The notes under the pieces were generated by a model. The model saw nothing but the letters and a program-made list of their open reading frames with translations. It was not told the DNA's origin and did not search any database. The position numbers were made by a program, and so were the translations under genes. Positions 50,155-63,686 of a DNA stretch of 64,000 bases are shown here, in pieces. The stretch comes from Tricharina praecox (lineage: Eukaryota): assembly GCF_024521635.1 (NCBI RefSeq), contig NW_026250410.1, forward strand, positions 186,001 through 250,000, read 5' to 3'. How positions within the stretch are numbered: the first letter of the stretch is position 1; each line of letters begins with the position of its first letter.

Positions 50155-52422
50155 CTACCACGGCGGCGAGAAATCAAACATCACAATACCCGTCATATGC
50201 CATCGGTCTCCAGTGTGTAGATGTGCCGTCGCGGGATCCGCCGAATCGGGCATGATCTCCATCCAATTCGTGCGCACGGTGATACACTTCTCCGACCACT
50301 GGACATGGGGGAGGAAATGGGAACTAACCGTTCCCTTGACCAGGATCTCGCCGGACGCGGGGTCGATTTCGTAGGGCACGACGTTTTCGAGCACGTTTTC
50401 GATCACGCCGCCGGCGCCGTTCGCCTTGGGTGGTGGGGGTGTGCACGTGTTGGTGAGACGGCGCGAGGTGAGGACGTGCCGTGAGCGCTGCTTCATCAAA
50501 GCTATGGTTTCTGTGTCCTGGTTGAGGTGTGAGGGTGGGGTAGTGCTTGAGTAACACTCTGCGAAGCTCGCGCTGGCTTCGAGTTCAGTTGATGCGGACC
50601 AGGGCTTGCCCGGGAGAGAGCTACCGGTGGTTCGGTGTGCCCATTTCTGCTGGTATTCGTCGCGGTCGAGCGGTTCGTATTCGGCCACGTGGATGGTGAG
50701 ACGTCCGCTGCGGCGCTGGGAGAAGATGGTGGAGCATTCCTCGAGCGGCAGGAATACCTCGAAGCGGCGGCAAGAGGCCTTTGTTGTGTCGGTTGCATCC
50801 AGCGCGCGTGGCGGCGGCTCGTAACACTTGCCGTCCCAGAAGAAGTCGTTTTCCAGGCAGAGCTCGGCAAGATACCGCTTCGGCTCGAGAGTCAACTTGC
50901 CGGTCTTAGATGCGGTGATAGAAAATACGCAGTACGGAGTCACGGGAGGACTGAGGTGCAGTGGTACAAAGAGGCCTAGTCGGCCAGTCATTGCTCTGCC
51001 CAGCCGGAGGAAATCCGCCTCGACGTCGTCGGTGATGGCATCTTCATCTAAGTAGCTTGGGTCGTCGTCGGCGGGGGCCCTCTCCTTGTCATCCCGGGTC
51101 ACGCATGCAGTCACGAAGAGCGATTCCACGATGGCAAACTTCTCCAGGCGTGCCGGACACTCGACGCAGACGCTTGAATTCGCATGGAACTGGCGGTGCC
51201 TTCCCCGTGGGACCAGGTTGCTATGATTCCCACAGATCGTGTACTCTGCCAAAAGCTTTCCGGGCGTACTGGTCGAGTCATTGATGGAATACAGCCGGGC
51301 GGTCACCTCGACACGTGCATCTTCCAGCATGATATCTCGCTCGAAGAGCACAATCAACCGTTTGAAGCTGCCATCCGATACCACGATGAAGAACAATTCA
51401 CCTCTGGTGATCTCCTCACCGTGCTCTAACAGTATCTCTCGGTTTTTCTTGCCGGTACGCACATCGTGAACCATGAGGTGGACGGTGGTAGCAGCGGCGG
51501 CGGCTTTTGCATCCTCCGGCTCTCCCTCGAGCGGTAGCAATTCATAAACCACCTTCTTGCGCACGTATATGAAATTGTCTCCTACCGTGTCGGGTTCTCC
51601 CAGCAGTTTGTACGGCATTTCAATAGCCTTGTGCCAGAGGTACTCGAGATCCTTCAGCGAAAACACGAGAACACTATAGGTAGTAACAACGTCAGCCTCC
51701 CGCCCGGGTCCTCGTCGCAACCACGTATCAATACTCACAAAGCCCTTCTCCCCGACGCATCATCATCGTCAATATCGTCATACAGACTCAAAGTGACCGA
51801 GACCACCTCCTCACCGCCCTGTATCCGCAACATCGACGCGGCAATATCCTCCTCCGTGATAGCCAGATTATTTTTCGCGACGACATCCATGAACAGCGTC
51901 GACCTCCTGGTCTCAATCCCGCCACTGATGCGCTGACAATGCAGCGCCACCCTTGACACCCAGCAAACATAATCTGCGCGCACTTAGCCGCGCACTCCCC
52001 TCCTCGCGGCCGGCGCGGGCACTAGCTAAGCAACTGAGCGAGAACTCACCCCCTGTAGTCCCCCACTCGGGCACGCCTAGCGACGGCTCGAGTACCAGAT
52101 GTCCTATCGCCGTCGGCCGTCCCAGACGCCTGGTGTGGTAGCGGTAGACGCACCTCCTAAACCCCATCACGACCTCCCCATCCGCATCCCCATCCCTTCC
52201 CTCTTCCCCCTTCCTCCTCCGCCGGCGAATCTCGGCAGTCTCCGACGAGTGTGGAAAATGCGAGACGAGCGCGTGCCGCGCGATCCACGCGGAGCCCAGC
52301 AGCGCGCGCCACCCGCGCGATACCCGCTGCTGCACGATGATGTCCAGCGGGGCTACGTGCGCGATGATGGACGCTATGCTGTCGCTGTCGATGCGCGTGA
52401 AGGGGTCGGTGGAGCGCTGCAT
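50155..52422 (-). CDS. F-box domain protein with divergent C-terminal region (3 exons; introns ~52049-51973 and ~51738-51674)
   Basis: N-terminal DPFTRIDSDSIASIIAHVAPLDIIVQQRVSRGWRALL fits the F-box pattern. GTGAGT donors and CTAAG/CTGAC branch sites link to a ~500-codon final exon ending IVMFDFSPPW*. Confidence 0.8.
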
Positions 52423-52450
52423 CGCGGCGAAAGGGAGGGTGCGAGGGAGG

Positions 52451-52518
52451 GTGGGACGGTGGGACGGTGGGACGGTGGGACGGTGGGACGGTGAGACGGT
52501 GGGACGGTGGGACGGTGG
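52451..52518 (+). repeat. 8-bp tandem repeat (GTGGGACG)n in the F-box gene leader
   Basis: About 8 units, ~30 bp upstream of the F-box ATG. Confidence 0.9.
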
Positions 52519-54328
52519 AACGGAGGACGGGAACACGAAAGACGTCACTACACAGCACAGCTGGTGGTTTCTCTTCCGTGCGAGGTGTGTAGGTGTGTAG
52601 GGTATGGCGGCTGAGGGTGCGGCCTGTAGTAACTGAGCTGCAGCTGCAGACTGTGGATAGATAGGGGTAGCTATTCTAGAATCTAGATAGCTGGTTAGCG
52701 CGAATCTTATCGCTGCGAGCATCTAATCGAGACATCGAAACCTACGTTACTCCAGTAAGGGTAGTCGACTCACTATCGCTCACCACAAGTGAAGTGAACT
52801 GGTTCGTTTAGACGCGATATGTAGATACGGTAGTACTTTGTAATGCTTTGCTAGTAGGATGTATGGTTGGGGACATCTAGTCCCGGAGTGAAAGCACCCC
52901 CACTTATGACGTTCGGTTAGTTCACGCCAACCCATTTTAAAAACCGAACTCTTTACAGCGATAGAAAAGAGGAAGGAGATTGAAATTGTCAAAGAGCCCG
53001 TTTTCTTTTAAAGGTTGTGGTTGAGCGGCAACCAAAATTCAAAATAAATAAGCGAAAAAAGATTTAGTATGGGGAGGCCCCGGAAATGTCCCGTAGTTTT
53101 GGTTAAGTAAAAACCTGGTAGTTCTTCGGTATTTAAATGACGGCGGTATTCACCCCGTATCAATCGCACCCTACTTTTTGCTACTGTAGCTACGGCTCAC
53201 CGAGCGGGCATGTTTCATGGGTAGCCAATAGCTCTCACGGAGTGTACCGAGACTTGACAGCTATCATATCGACTTTGACAGCTATCCTATCGTCTCGGTA
53301 AGATATGAGCTTCCTATCGTCTCGGCAAGATAGTTAGTTAGGTCTGACCGCAGTACCCACAACATACATACGGGAGCCTGCTGCATGCGCACATCAACAC
53401 ATCAAGACATCAGACACCAGGACACTTCGGTAAGTTTTAACATTTATGTAGCTCTTCAACACAAGTTAAGTATATTTTCGACTCGTCTTTTCCCCTCGCC
53501 CCCGCGGCCCCTCCTCCGCCCCCACCCCATAGAAACAGCAGAACCCAGTAAAAAGCAGTTATTTGACTCCAAACACACCAGACAGAAAGGTACAAAGCCC
53601 CCCATACAAACAGTACAGACATGAGAAGAAAAGGCAGTCTCTCGGTAATGCCATCCTTTGCAGAAGGAAGTTATACCTACAGAGAGAGCAAACAGGATGG
53701 AAAAGTCGTTGGGGCTGTAAAAAACAAACAGAAATAGGACGCCCACAAACAAAAAAAAAAATATTTAAAACAGGAGGGAGAAGGGAAGAGAAATGATGAT
53801 GATAGAAAAAAAGCAAGCAGAGGAAAAAAGGAAGAGAGACTTTTGTGTAGCCGTTGCCGTGCCCGTGCAAATCGTGGAGAGAATCCTTTGCCCGCAAATT
53901 TAAACCGCAAATGCATGAAACCTCCTGGTCAAGAGAACCCAAACTTTTGATGAAAAACGAAATGGAAAAACAAAGTACAACCACCCAAACCATAAGAAAG
54001 ACCATGAAGAAACAGGAAAAACCCATGAGGAAAGTACAATCGGTGCTCGAATCGAAGAAAAAACAGACGCATGCCATGAACCCCCATAGAGAATGCAGAT
54101 AGAGAGAGAAAAACACCAGACCGGAAGGAGATGGAAAAAAATGACCCCGGAAATATTGCACCATCGACCTCATGTCCCCTCAATCCGTTGCTCCTTTTTC
54201 ATGTACCGACAACACCAGGAAAACCCACCCACAATCGTGTATGGCAGTGGCATCCATGTTCCATCGGATAATACGCCATAACCCGTACCCGTATCCGACC
54301 GGCTAGTTTTTTTTTTTTTTTTTTTTTT

Positions 54329-56418
54329 TTACCGCGCCGGCTTCTTCCTGACCACCGGGTTGTTCCCCATTCCTCCGCGATTACTGGCAAGGAACTTCTG
54401 CCGAACTCTTCTCTTCTTGGTCGGCGTGATCGTCTCCGCAAGCCGTCCCTCCTTTCCCTTGTGGTACCCGTTACCTCCGAACTGCAGTGCCGACGACAGC
54501 TTCTGGCTGTGCTGAATCTGGCGCTTGCGGAACGCCGTAACGCTGACCTTATCCCAAATCGACAACATGTCGGCATCGGCATTGTGGCCGGGCAGGGCAT
54601 CCTCCTCATCCTCCTCGCCATCCCCTCCGCAGTCATCCGACATATCCTCCACCAAATCCTTGCCGGTCTCACTGGCACCCTCCTCCGTAGAGGACAGATC
54701 CAAGAAATCGTTGATCTCCAATCCGGCCTCAAACTCGTCGACATCGTATTCTTCGTCGTTGAAGAGATCCGAGAAAATATCACCGCCGTCCTCCTCATTG
54801 AACGGAAAGAACCCTTCCGGTCCGAGCTGTTCGCCCGCGCCAAGCAACCCAACATCCACTCCAACCAGCTCGGAGAGCATGGGATCAAAGGTGGTGGGGA
54901 TCGTTGATTGCTCGCTTTCGCTCTCTCCCTCCATCGGAATCCACATGTCCGAAGTGGTGCTACCAGTCCTGCCGGACACCGAAAAGTGCCGGAACGAATC
55001 CGGAATCAGGAAAATCTGCTTGCTTCCTTCGATGACACAGATGGGACGTGAGGGGTCAGCGACCCACGCACGTAGTTCCGGTCCCTCCTTGTTGGTGTCG
55101 ATGATCTGCGGCCGTGCGGCATTGGATGACACGGAAACACGGCGCAGCTTCGAGGCATGGCAAGGCGTGGGCATGGGCAGATCCTCCTCCTCGTCGGTGG
55201 TGTCTCCGTCGTCATCTTCAGCTGATAGCAAAGCGGTATTAGCAGAGTATTCGCCAAGTAAGTACAGTGTGACCTACTCAGAGAATCATCACTGTCAACG
55301 TCGGTTTCTTCATCCGCAGACGAGAAAAAGTATTTCAGAAGATCGGCATCGTCTTCATCCGTTCCATCGCTCCATCCGCCCTTTCCTCCGGCGCTGACGA
55401 GGTGCTTGATCGCTGCGTTGTTCATCTCGAAAAACGGGCTCAGGTTTTGCACTTCGTCCTCCGAGGATTCATTGTCGTCCGAATTGAAGGATCCCCCACG
55501 CGGTTCCGAGATGGATGCGCGGGGAGTGGCATTCGGAGTGACCACTGGTGTAGGATGGACGGAGAACAGATCGTCGCTTGGGTTGGTGAAACTGTTCCAA
55601 TCGAAAGCGACTTGACCCTGGAGATCGTCGAAACGATGAGGGTCGTTGCACATTGCGTCGAAGATCTCACCGTCCAGATCGTCGAACAGGGCGTTGTCGA
55701 ATGGGTCGCCCAGCAGTTCCGGGTCGATTGGTGCGAGGGTGTTCGCATCCAGCAAACCAATCTCTTTGAGCAGATCTTCGTCGGTCTCGAACTCTCGCAC
55801 GATGGCCGCCTCCTCTTCATCGGTTATGTTTCCATCATCATCCTCGCACGTGATTTCGTCGTCTTCTAGATCATCAATATCATATCCTCCTTCAGTCTTG
55901 TCATCATCATCCTTGGAGATTGGCTCCGTGTACGTCAGGATCCCTTCGGTGGTGGCAGCAATAAGCTTTGGAATCTTCTTGCGCGGAAACTCCGGCTCAT
56001 CGTCGTCCTGAATGGAAGGAAAGTCAAAGTCCAGCCCCTCAGGGAAGAATTCACCGAGATCGGCATCATCGAACGTGCGCTTGACCGGCCCCGCCGCAAA
56101 GCTCAACTTACGTGCCTGAGGCATCTGTGAGCTCACTCCGGCGGGGCACATGACAGCAGGCTTATCCGTCTCTCCGTCTTGCTCGCCATCGTCCTCGTCG
56201 TCCTCGCCCGACTCGGCGCCGGACTGGCCGTCGAGACTCCCGCCCAATCCTCCACCGATTGAGGCTTTTCCCTTTCCGCCCCGCCGGCTCGGCTCACCGC
56301 CGTGGGGTGTTTTCGGCTCCGCGGGCATGTTGTCCGAGAGTGATGGTAGGTGTCGGTCAAGACGGTGCGGCGACGGTATCGACGGTGATAATGTGTGTTG
56401 TGTGGTTTGGCGGGACAT
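54329..56418 (-). CDS. Acidic protein with an Ifh1/Crf1-like FHB motif (2 exons, intron ~55277-55223); start could be 56328
   Basis: Very D/E-rich. DDDGDTTDEEEDLP followed by PELRAWVADPSRPICVIEG resembles the FHB/CRF1 motif as I recall it. Basic NLS-like tail TPTKKRRVRQK...RKKPAR*. The CDS is well supported; the family call is moderate. Confidence 0.75.
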
Positions 56419-59400
56419 TGTTCGCTTCCGAAAATGTAAGTGGTGTGTGAATCAATTGAGTTCGTTCTCCTATGAAAGTTCCCTTCGAGTTGGTGTGCGG
56501 AAGCGGAATTTCCGAGTGTAGAGATCAATTGGAGGAGGGGTTGTGGGGGTGAGGGGAATATCTCTTGTTTCGAAGAGGAGGAGAAGAGGAAGAATGAGGA
56601 GTAGGAAGACACTTTTTTTTGGTAGTTGTCGGGGATCGTGGGTAGCGTCCCAGATATCACAGGTGTGTAGCGGCGTAGCGGGGGATGGATGTGGATGGTT
56701 GCTGGTAGTCAAAGGCTCCTCTGTTCTGATCGTCCTAGTCTGTTTTCGTTATTTCTTTCTTTCGTTCTTTCTTTCTTTTCGAGTAGGAAAGAAGCCGGCT
56801 TGAGTATCGTCGTCGTGTGGTCGCTCTGATGTTGTCAAATCACTGAGGGTTGGTCGGCTGGAGGTGATTCCTTTGAAGAAGCACCTCCAGAGGCATTTAC
56901 AACTCGGCAGTGCTGGCCTGTGACATCTTTACGGTTGACGATAATGCTCTTGGGGGTGATTGTGGAGGGGGAATGCGTATAGTGGGGTGTAATTGAGTTG
57001 ATGGAGGGGAGGGAGGGGGGGTGAATTGGAACTGATATATTCCGGGGAAGAATGGTGCTACACGGACGTGGGAAGGAGGGGAGGGGCGGCGAAACTATTA
57101 AAGAATTTTCCTTGAGTACAGCACTTGCCGGGGTGGTGGTGAAGGGGTGGGCGCTGAAGGTAACGCAGCGCCAACATGACCGACGAGCGTCGAGGACACG
57201 ACGATGAACGCTAAAATGAAATAAAGTCTGGCAACCCGAGAAGTCAAAACGATGGGAGGAGATGTGTGAGCAGACTCTCCATCCCGAATAGCGTCAATTG
57301 ATTGCTAACTGACCGAGCCCGATCGAAGGCAGGAAGGTGCTGGTGTCTGAGAAGAGCAAACAGCAACCACGCACGTTCTTGAGATCCAGGAGCTCATACG
57401 GCGACCGGGCGCTATCGGGCGGCCAAGCTGCACGCTGTACGGGGGCGGGGGACTGACTGTATGAAGGCAGGTACATGTCCCGATGGTAGAGTATGGTACA
57501 TACAATTTGCACACGGGACGTTTCGACATACGTTTTCGATTACGCAGACAGATTTTGGACCCTAGCACCAGGGCTTTCTTGACTGTTGGGAATCGAAGTC
57601 TCCGAAGGGAAGGGGGCCGCCGGCTCAAAGCTAGATTTGCAGCAGCTTCCAGTCCCTCAGCCCGTAACCCCTTCCTTGCTTCCATCCTTTCTTCGTTCCT
57701 GGATTCTATTCGTCTGCCAGCCCGAAGAAAGCAAGTAAAGCATCAAGCAAAGCGGCAGGCAAGCACTCCCACTCTCGAGCTGCAGAGTTCCGGCCAGGGT
57801 ACATATGTCAGTATGGGCCACAGCCATGACTGGCTCCCAGTGCAATAATGCGTCGGTACCCTGACTTACACTTTGCGCCAGACGTCGAATTGACGTGAAT
57901 ACGGCTCGAGGAATGGATGCCTAACGCAACACTCGAACCTTGAGGTGACTCCACATAGATAGCCTGTGATTCGGAACGATGCGCCATCGCGATCCTCGGG
58001 TCTGTGCTCCAGACACATGTATGACGACGGACACACAGACTCTGCGGTTGCTATCAACCGATATCTCGACTCTACACATCTAGAGTGGCATTCGCTTCGC
58101 TGCTACTGCTACTTAGTGACCCCTCTTTCCTGCGTCTCGGACATCATCATAGGTGAGAAGTAGGTAGCGGTATGCATACTTGCGACTCTTCCCCTCTCTC
58201 CCTCTCTGTCTCCTCTTCCCGTGACGCCCAAGCACGCCTGTCGACATCTGGTTCCGCTCGTCGTTCGGATGACACGCGCACACTTTCCTTCCTTCTTTTT
58301 TTTTGTTTTCCCTGCGTACTCTGCTTCCTAGCGGATCGGTATCGGTCTGTACTTTACTCTACTCTGGGTACATGCCCGTGCACTCACATGCTCTGGCTTT
58401 GCATGACAGTCGTACAAGGATTGTCGGTATCCATACATGTAAAAAAAGTTGGTGCGAGCGAAGGAAACGCTGCAGGACCCTGTGTGTCACGCACAGCCGA
58501 ACGAAGGAAACGGCACTCAACGTTTGTGACTACTCCGAATCCTGCCATGGTGCCGAACCGAAAAGAAAGAAGAAAAAAGAAGAAAAAGTCCGGCACAGTC
58601 GGGTAACCAACCAACCTCGACTAAAAGCCCTATGAAGTAGGCGCTAACTATGGCTGCGACGAAACATGTTGGCGACTGGCGAGAGCACGAAACAGACGAA
58701 TTGCGCCTTCGCATCGAAGTGTAACTAAAGACGGTTCCGAAAACAAGGAACCCGTCTAGCTTCGAGAAGAGTTTTTCTTTCTTCCGCTTTCTCTTTCTGC
58801 CTCGCCCGTTCTCGTTGCCGGAAAACTCCGCCCCTCCCTTCCTCTCCCAAAAAACTCGGCACACGCCAAAAAAAAAAAAAGAAGAAAGAAAAAAGAAGTC
58901 AGGTCACAGGCGGGCGGTGATGGACCTCAATTCCAATATATCCCGCAGCCCGCAGCAGCCCGCAGCTTGCAGCTCGCAGTCCGCAGCCATATTGGTCGAT
59001 CAAAACAATTTCAATTCAATTCAATTCCCCAATCGATTCAATCAAGCAATCGAGCAATCAATCAATCAATCAATCGCTCCCAGACTTCCGCCGGAATCCG
59101 GATCGCCAGGTTGTGATTCGTGATTCGTCTCCCCACAAAACAACGTAAAACCATAGCAAAACAGATTGGCAAGGCTTGAAGGCAACACAATTGCGAGACA
59201 GATATTAACTGAGTGCTTCCCAGGAACATCTGCAAACATCACCACATCACCACATCACCACATCCGCACATCCGCACATCAATTGCATCAACACATCAAC
59301 ATCGCCGACCCCGCACTGTCCGGACGGACGCGATGCCCACCCCTCCACCCCACTCCACCCCACCCCACCATGACCACCACCACTGCCGCCGCAAACGGTG

Positions 59401-61241
59401 GGCCTGCCTGCCTACATAACCTAGAGTGGTTCCGTGCGTGATCCGCAGCAGCAGCAGCATCAGCATCACGCAACTTCTTGCTTGCTTCGATCGCCCGGCT
59501 GCAGGTGGATGTATGTAGAGTGGATGTGGAGTGGAAGCACGTGCTTGGACGGACTCGGAAATACGCTGCGTGACTTCAAACTTGTAGGGTGGAGTGCCAC
59601 GGTAGGGAAGTACCACGGTTGGGGAGTGCAGGTACCGGTACCTACGGTACTCGTACATACGTCGAGCCGATATATGGCCGCAGTTCGCCAGCGTATGTAT
59701 ACCGGTAGGTACAGGCCGCTACCGGTACATAACCACGAGCCCGCCTCGCGTATGTAGAGACTACATCTCCCCTCTCGACCATCTCTCTCCGCCATCCCTC
59801 TCCACCATCCCTCTAGGCTCACGTCCATCTAAGCTCTCACGTCCATCACCCATCGGGCAGACAGGCAGGCAAGAAGCTGCACAAAAAAATCCCCCCGCCC
59901 CTCTCCGACCCCTCCTCGAGTTCTCGACCCCGCCACGCCACGCCAATCGGTTTCTAGATCCCCCTCTCAGCAGCAGGAGCAGCAGCCAGCATGCGCCCTC
60001 GGACATGGCGCCCTCGGAGTGTCGGACATGACATGAGGCGGAGATCTCTCACCCCGGCCCAAGCTGGCCCCCAACGACGTCAGTCTTTGAGGAATCTGGC
60101 CCCTCTACTAGCATATCTAGGTACCGTATGGTATGTAGTGGGGATGGTGGTGGGATGGTAGTGACATCTCCAACTTGAACCTGGTCCAGAATTCGTGCAT
60201 GTTCTCCGTTCTCCGTTCTGCCTTATGTACATATACCTTAGTTATGCTCAACGGGGCATGGCGGCTGCAGGCCGCAGCTTCCGAGAGAAGTCGCCAGGCT
60301 CTCCAGGCTCCAGGCTCCAGGCACCTAGAAGTCTGCTCTAGTTCCATAGTTCCGCCTAGCCCAGCTGAAGCCTGAAGAAAAAAATTATTGCGAGTGAGCG
60401 GAGTCCGGACTCGCGCGGGGGCGGGGGCGGGAGTAGGTACATGAAGAGAAATACCGTATGTACTGGTACATACGGTAGTCTATGTACGGGAGAGAAAAAA
60501 TTGATGGGGCGGACGACTCGACTCGAGACTCGACTCAGTCGACCGCCCTCGCGGCCCCGCCCCGCCCCGGCGCCCCTTCCATGGCACGGCCATGCACGGA
60601 ATGTCGTTTCGAGAATGGGACAGACACGTCCATGTAGTGCAAAGTGTGCAGAGTACGGTAAACGTGCGCGCGCGTCATGGGGAAAATCATCGACACGTCG
60701 GAATGACCAATGACCAATGACCAATGACCAATTGCTTGCACCGTTGCACGTTCGCCCGGCGGCCCAATTGCGTGCGTTCCGACTCGTTCGTTCGTTCGTC
60801 CGACTTGACCGACTTATCCGTCCGTAAAGTTTGGTTTACTCGTAAACCTTTGTTCCTGAGCTGGACTTTCCGTATGAACCTACGGTATCCTGCGATTTCT
60901 CCCGTTGGCCGCAGAGTACCCATAGTACCTATCGCGCGGAGGTCCGGAGTAGCCAATCACCACCACCCGCCGCCGCCTGCGGCCTGCGGGAAGGAATGCG
61001 GTTCATCCGATTTCTTTCTCCTTCCCTCGAGTCTCCTCGTGCTTCGCCGGGAGTCGGGACGAACACTCACGGTACCGTACATGCTTTACATAGTACCGTA
61101 TCGTAGCTTGATCGATCAGATCGAGTGAGGAGACGTGGCCGCACGCGGGGGTGGGTGCTCTAGAGTCTACGTATCCTATTTATTAACGTATAGAGTTCCG
61201 GCCGCCGCGGCGCCGCCACATCCAAATCTACGCCGCACGGC

Positions 61242-61321
61242 GGTATCTGGTAGTTATCTGGTATCTAGTATCTGGTATCTGGTATCTGGTATCTGGTATC
61301 TGGTATCTGGTATCTGGTATC
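61242..61321 (+). repeat. 7-bp tandem repeat (GGTATCT)n
   Basis: About 11 units, with variants at the 5' end. Confidence 0.9.
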
Positions 61322-63597
61322 TCCCAGCAGCTATGTACAGTACTAGCCAGTTCACCGAGTCCCATAAATACTCACCTCCACCTATGTACTTCAGTCTTCC
61401 CCGCCGCTACGATCTCGATTCTCGATTCTTTCTAAGTCCCGGCGCTCTTGCCCCACAGCCGTCGTCGTGGTCGTCGTGGTCGTCGTGGTCAGCGTCGGAA
61501 AGTCTATCCCGCATTACATACCGTACACACATACATTTCCCCCCACCATCACCCACCGAACCGTACTCTACGCGCTCGAATGTGCGGGACTTTTATTTTC
61601 CCCACGCTGTATGTAAGTATGATACATACACACATACACGCATACATACGCTCGCAGTGGGCCGCGATTGGGTGGGCGGGTGCTCTTGAAAAACAAAACC
61701 CGTCGGAGAACGGCCGGGATGGGTGGGATGGGTGGGATGGGTGGGATGCACGCATAATATATGGCGGGGTACGGGTACGGTAGGTAGGTAGGTACAGTAG
61801 GTAGGTACGGTAGGTACGGAAGGGAAGCGAAGACAATGTCCCGTGGTATGTACAGACGGTGCCTGGTTCTTGGAAGCTATCGGTGTTGCTTTTTTTTGCG
61901 CAGCTTGGAATGGGAAAGGGAAATGCGGTACGGTACCGGGGGAGGCGGGGGAGGGAGGGAGGAAGTCATGGCAGATCACTCGTGGAGACTCAGCGGTTCG
62001 TGGGCGGAGATGGCGGAGTGGGCGGAGCGGACACCAGATGCCCCCGCTGTGCGCGCTGTGTAAGCTGCGAACCGAGTGCTAAATGGCGATGTCCGGGTCG
62101 GTTTTATCCCTTTGTCTGAAGTCCAGAGTCCAGACTGGCAGATCCACCCTCCCTCTCCCACCCCCCTTCATGAGATATCCAGACCTTCCACAGAACGCCC
62201 TACCTTCAAGTCCGAAAGTCCGCGTGGGTGAACACGGAAGTTGACGGAACAGGCAATGTCCGCTCGCCGCCGCGGTCACTCGGGCGGCGAGCGACCCCTA
62301 CTCCCCCGCCAGACCTAGTCAGTGGTGGCAAATACGCGTATAGTACTAACTTGGTTCCTGTTTTTCCGAACTAGAACAACTAGAACAGGTAGGAAGCACG
62401 CCAGAAACACGCCAGAAACACGCCAGAAATCTTCAGCGCTCGGCCGCGCCGCCGTAAGCTTACCTCACTTACTTGCACTCCAGTTGCTCTCGGGGGAGGA
62501 GGGGTGGCAGTCGTATGGATGTAGAAGCCTTCTGGATCCGCTCACTGCGGACCGTGGAAGTTTGTACCTAGTTTGTTCCTAGATATTCCGACTTTGCGCG
62601 AAGGCGGATCTATGTAGATAGAGCGTTCGCGGTGCTCGGTGGCCCGTTCGTATTCGTTTTGAGATTTCGTGAGCGTGGGCGAGAGTGGCGGCTTGCTCGC
62701 TCGCCCGACAACGCGATTGAATCCGCCTTCGTGTGTGCGTGCTCGGCCTACGGTACTCGGCCTACTCGGTGAACGGCTCCTTCGCCGTCCGGGCACGTTT
62801 GCTCGCTCGCTCGCTGTTTTAAGACACGAGACCGGGGAACGGAGGACATACGGCACACTACACACCACACACCACGCAGAGTCGTAGCATTCATTCATTC
62901 GGCAAGTATCATACGAGCAAGCGCAAGTATGAAGTAGGTGCCCATTATATGAGCGTGCTCTGGGCATGTATGCTATGCCTATTCTACATTACCCCCCTCG
63001 GATCCAGAGTCGAGCCCTCGACCGCACAGTGCACACAGGGCCGCACTATGGCGCATCGTAATAACCCTTGAGGAGAACCACTGTCGCGTCCGGCTCCCTT
63101 GCGTTTCCAATGTAGCATATGTACTTACCTGGTACACAGTGACACCTCCATCGAGATCCGAAGCTTAATTCGTTCCACATGCACGGTGCACCACAGCACC
63201 ACATGCTCGCCAAAAATACCCCTGGAAGTGGTGTATATACGTTGGCGGCGAAACAGATGTATTAGGTACATGCTCTGTGGCAAGACGGACGATGGAAGCT
63301 TGGAATTGACGTCTTCGTGTGGTTGAATGAACGGTAACGATTCGGTAGGTATCGCGGGGTGAGCGGTAATGTTCACGAAGCTCGCTCTCTCACCATCCTC
63401 TACAAAATAGAGAATCAACCCCCACCTTCCCCTCCGATTCCTCTGTGTGTGCTGTGCTCTCCTCTCGGCCCCACTGCCGGCCTGGAGGGGTGTTGCCAAT
63501 TGGCAAAAGAGCCGTCTGCAAACCCAATTTCGCACGGGGCAGAGCGGTGCCATTGCGGAGATACATATCTGTTCGGTTCGCGGGCGTCTTCCGGAAT

Positions 63598-63686
63598 GAC
63601 CAGGACCAGGACCAGGACAAGGACAAGGACAAGGACAAGGACCAGGACCAGGACAAGGACCAGGACAACGACAAGGACCAGGACCA
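63598..63686 (+). repeat. 6-bp tandem repeat (AGGAC[C/A])n
   Basis: About 15 units. Produces the spurious TRTRTR and PGPCP ORFs. Confidence 0.9.
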
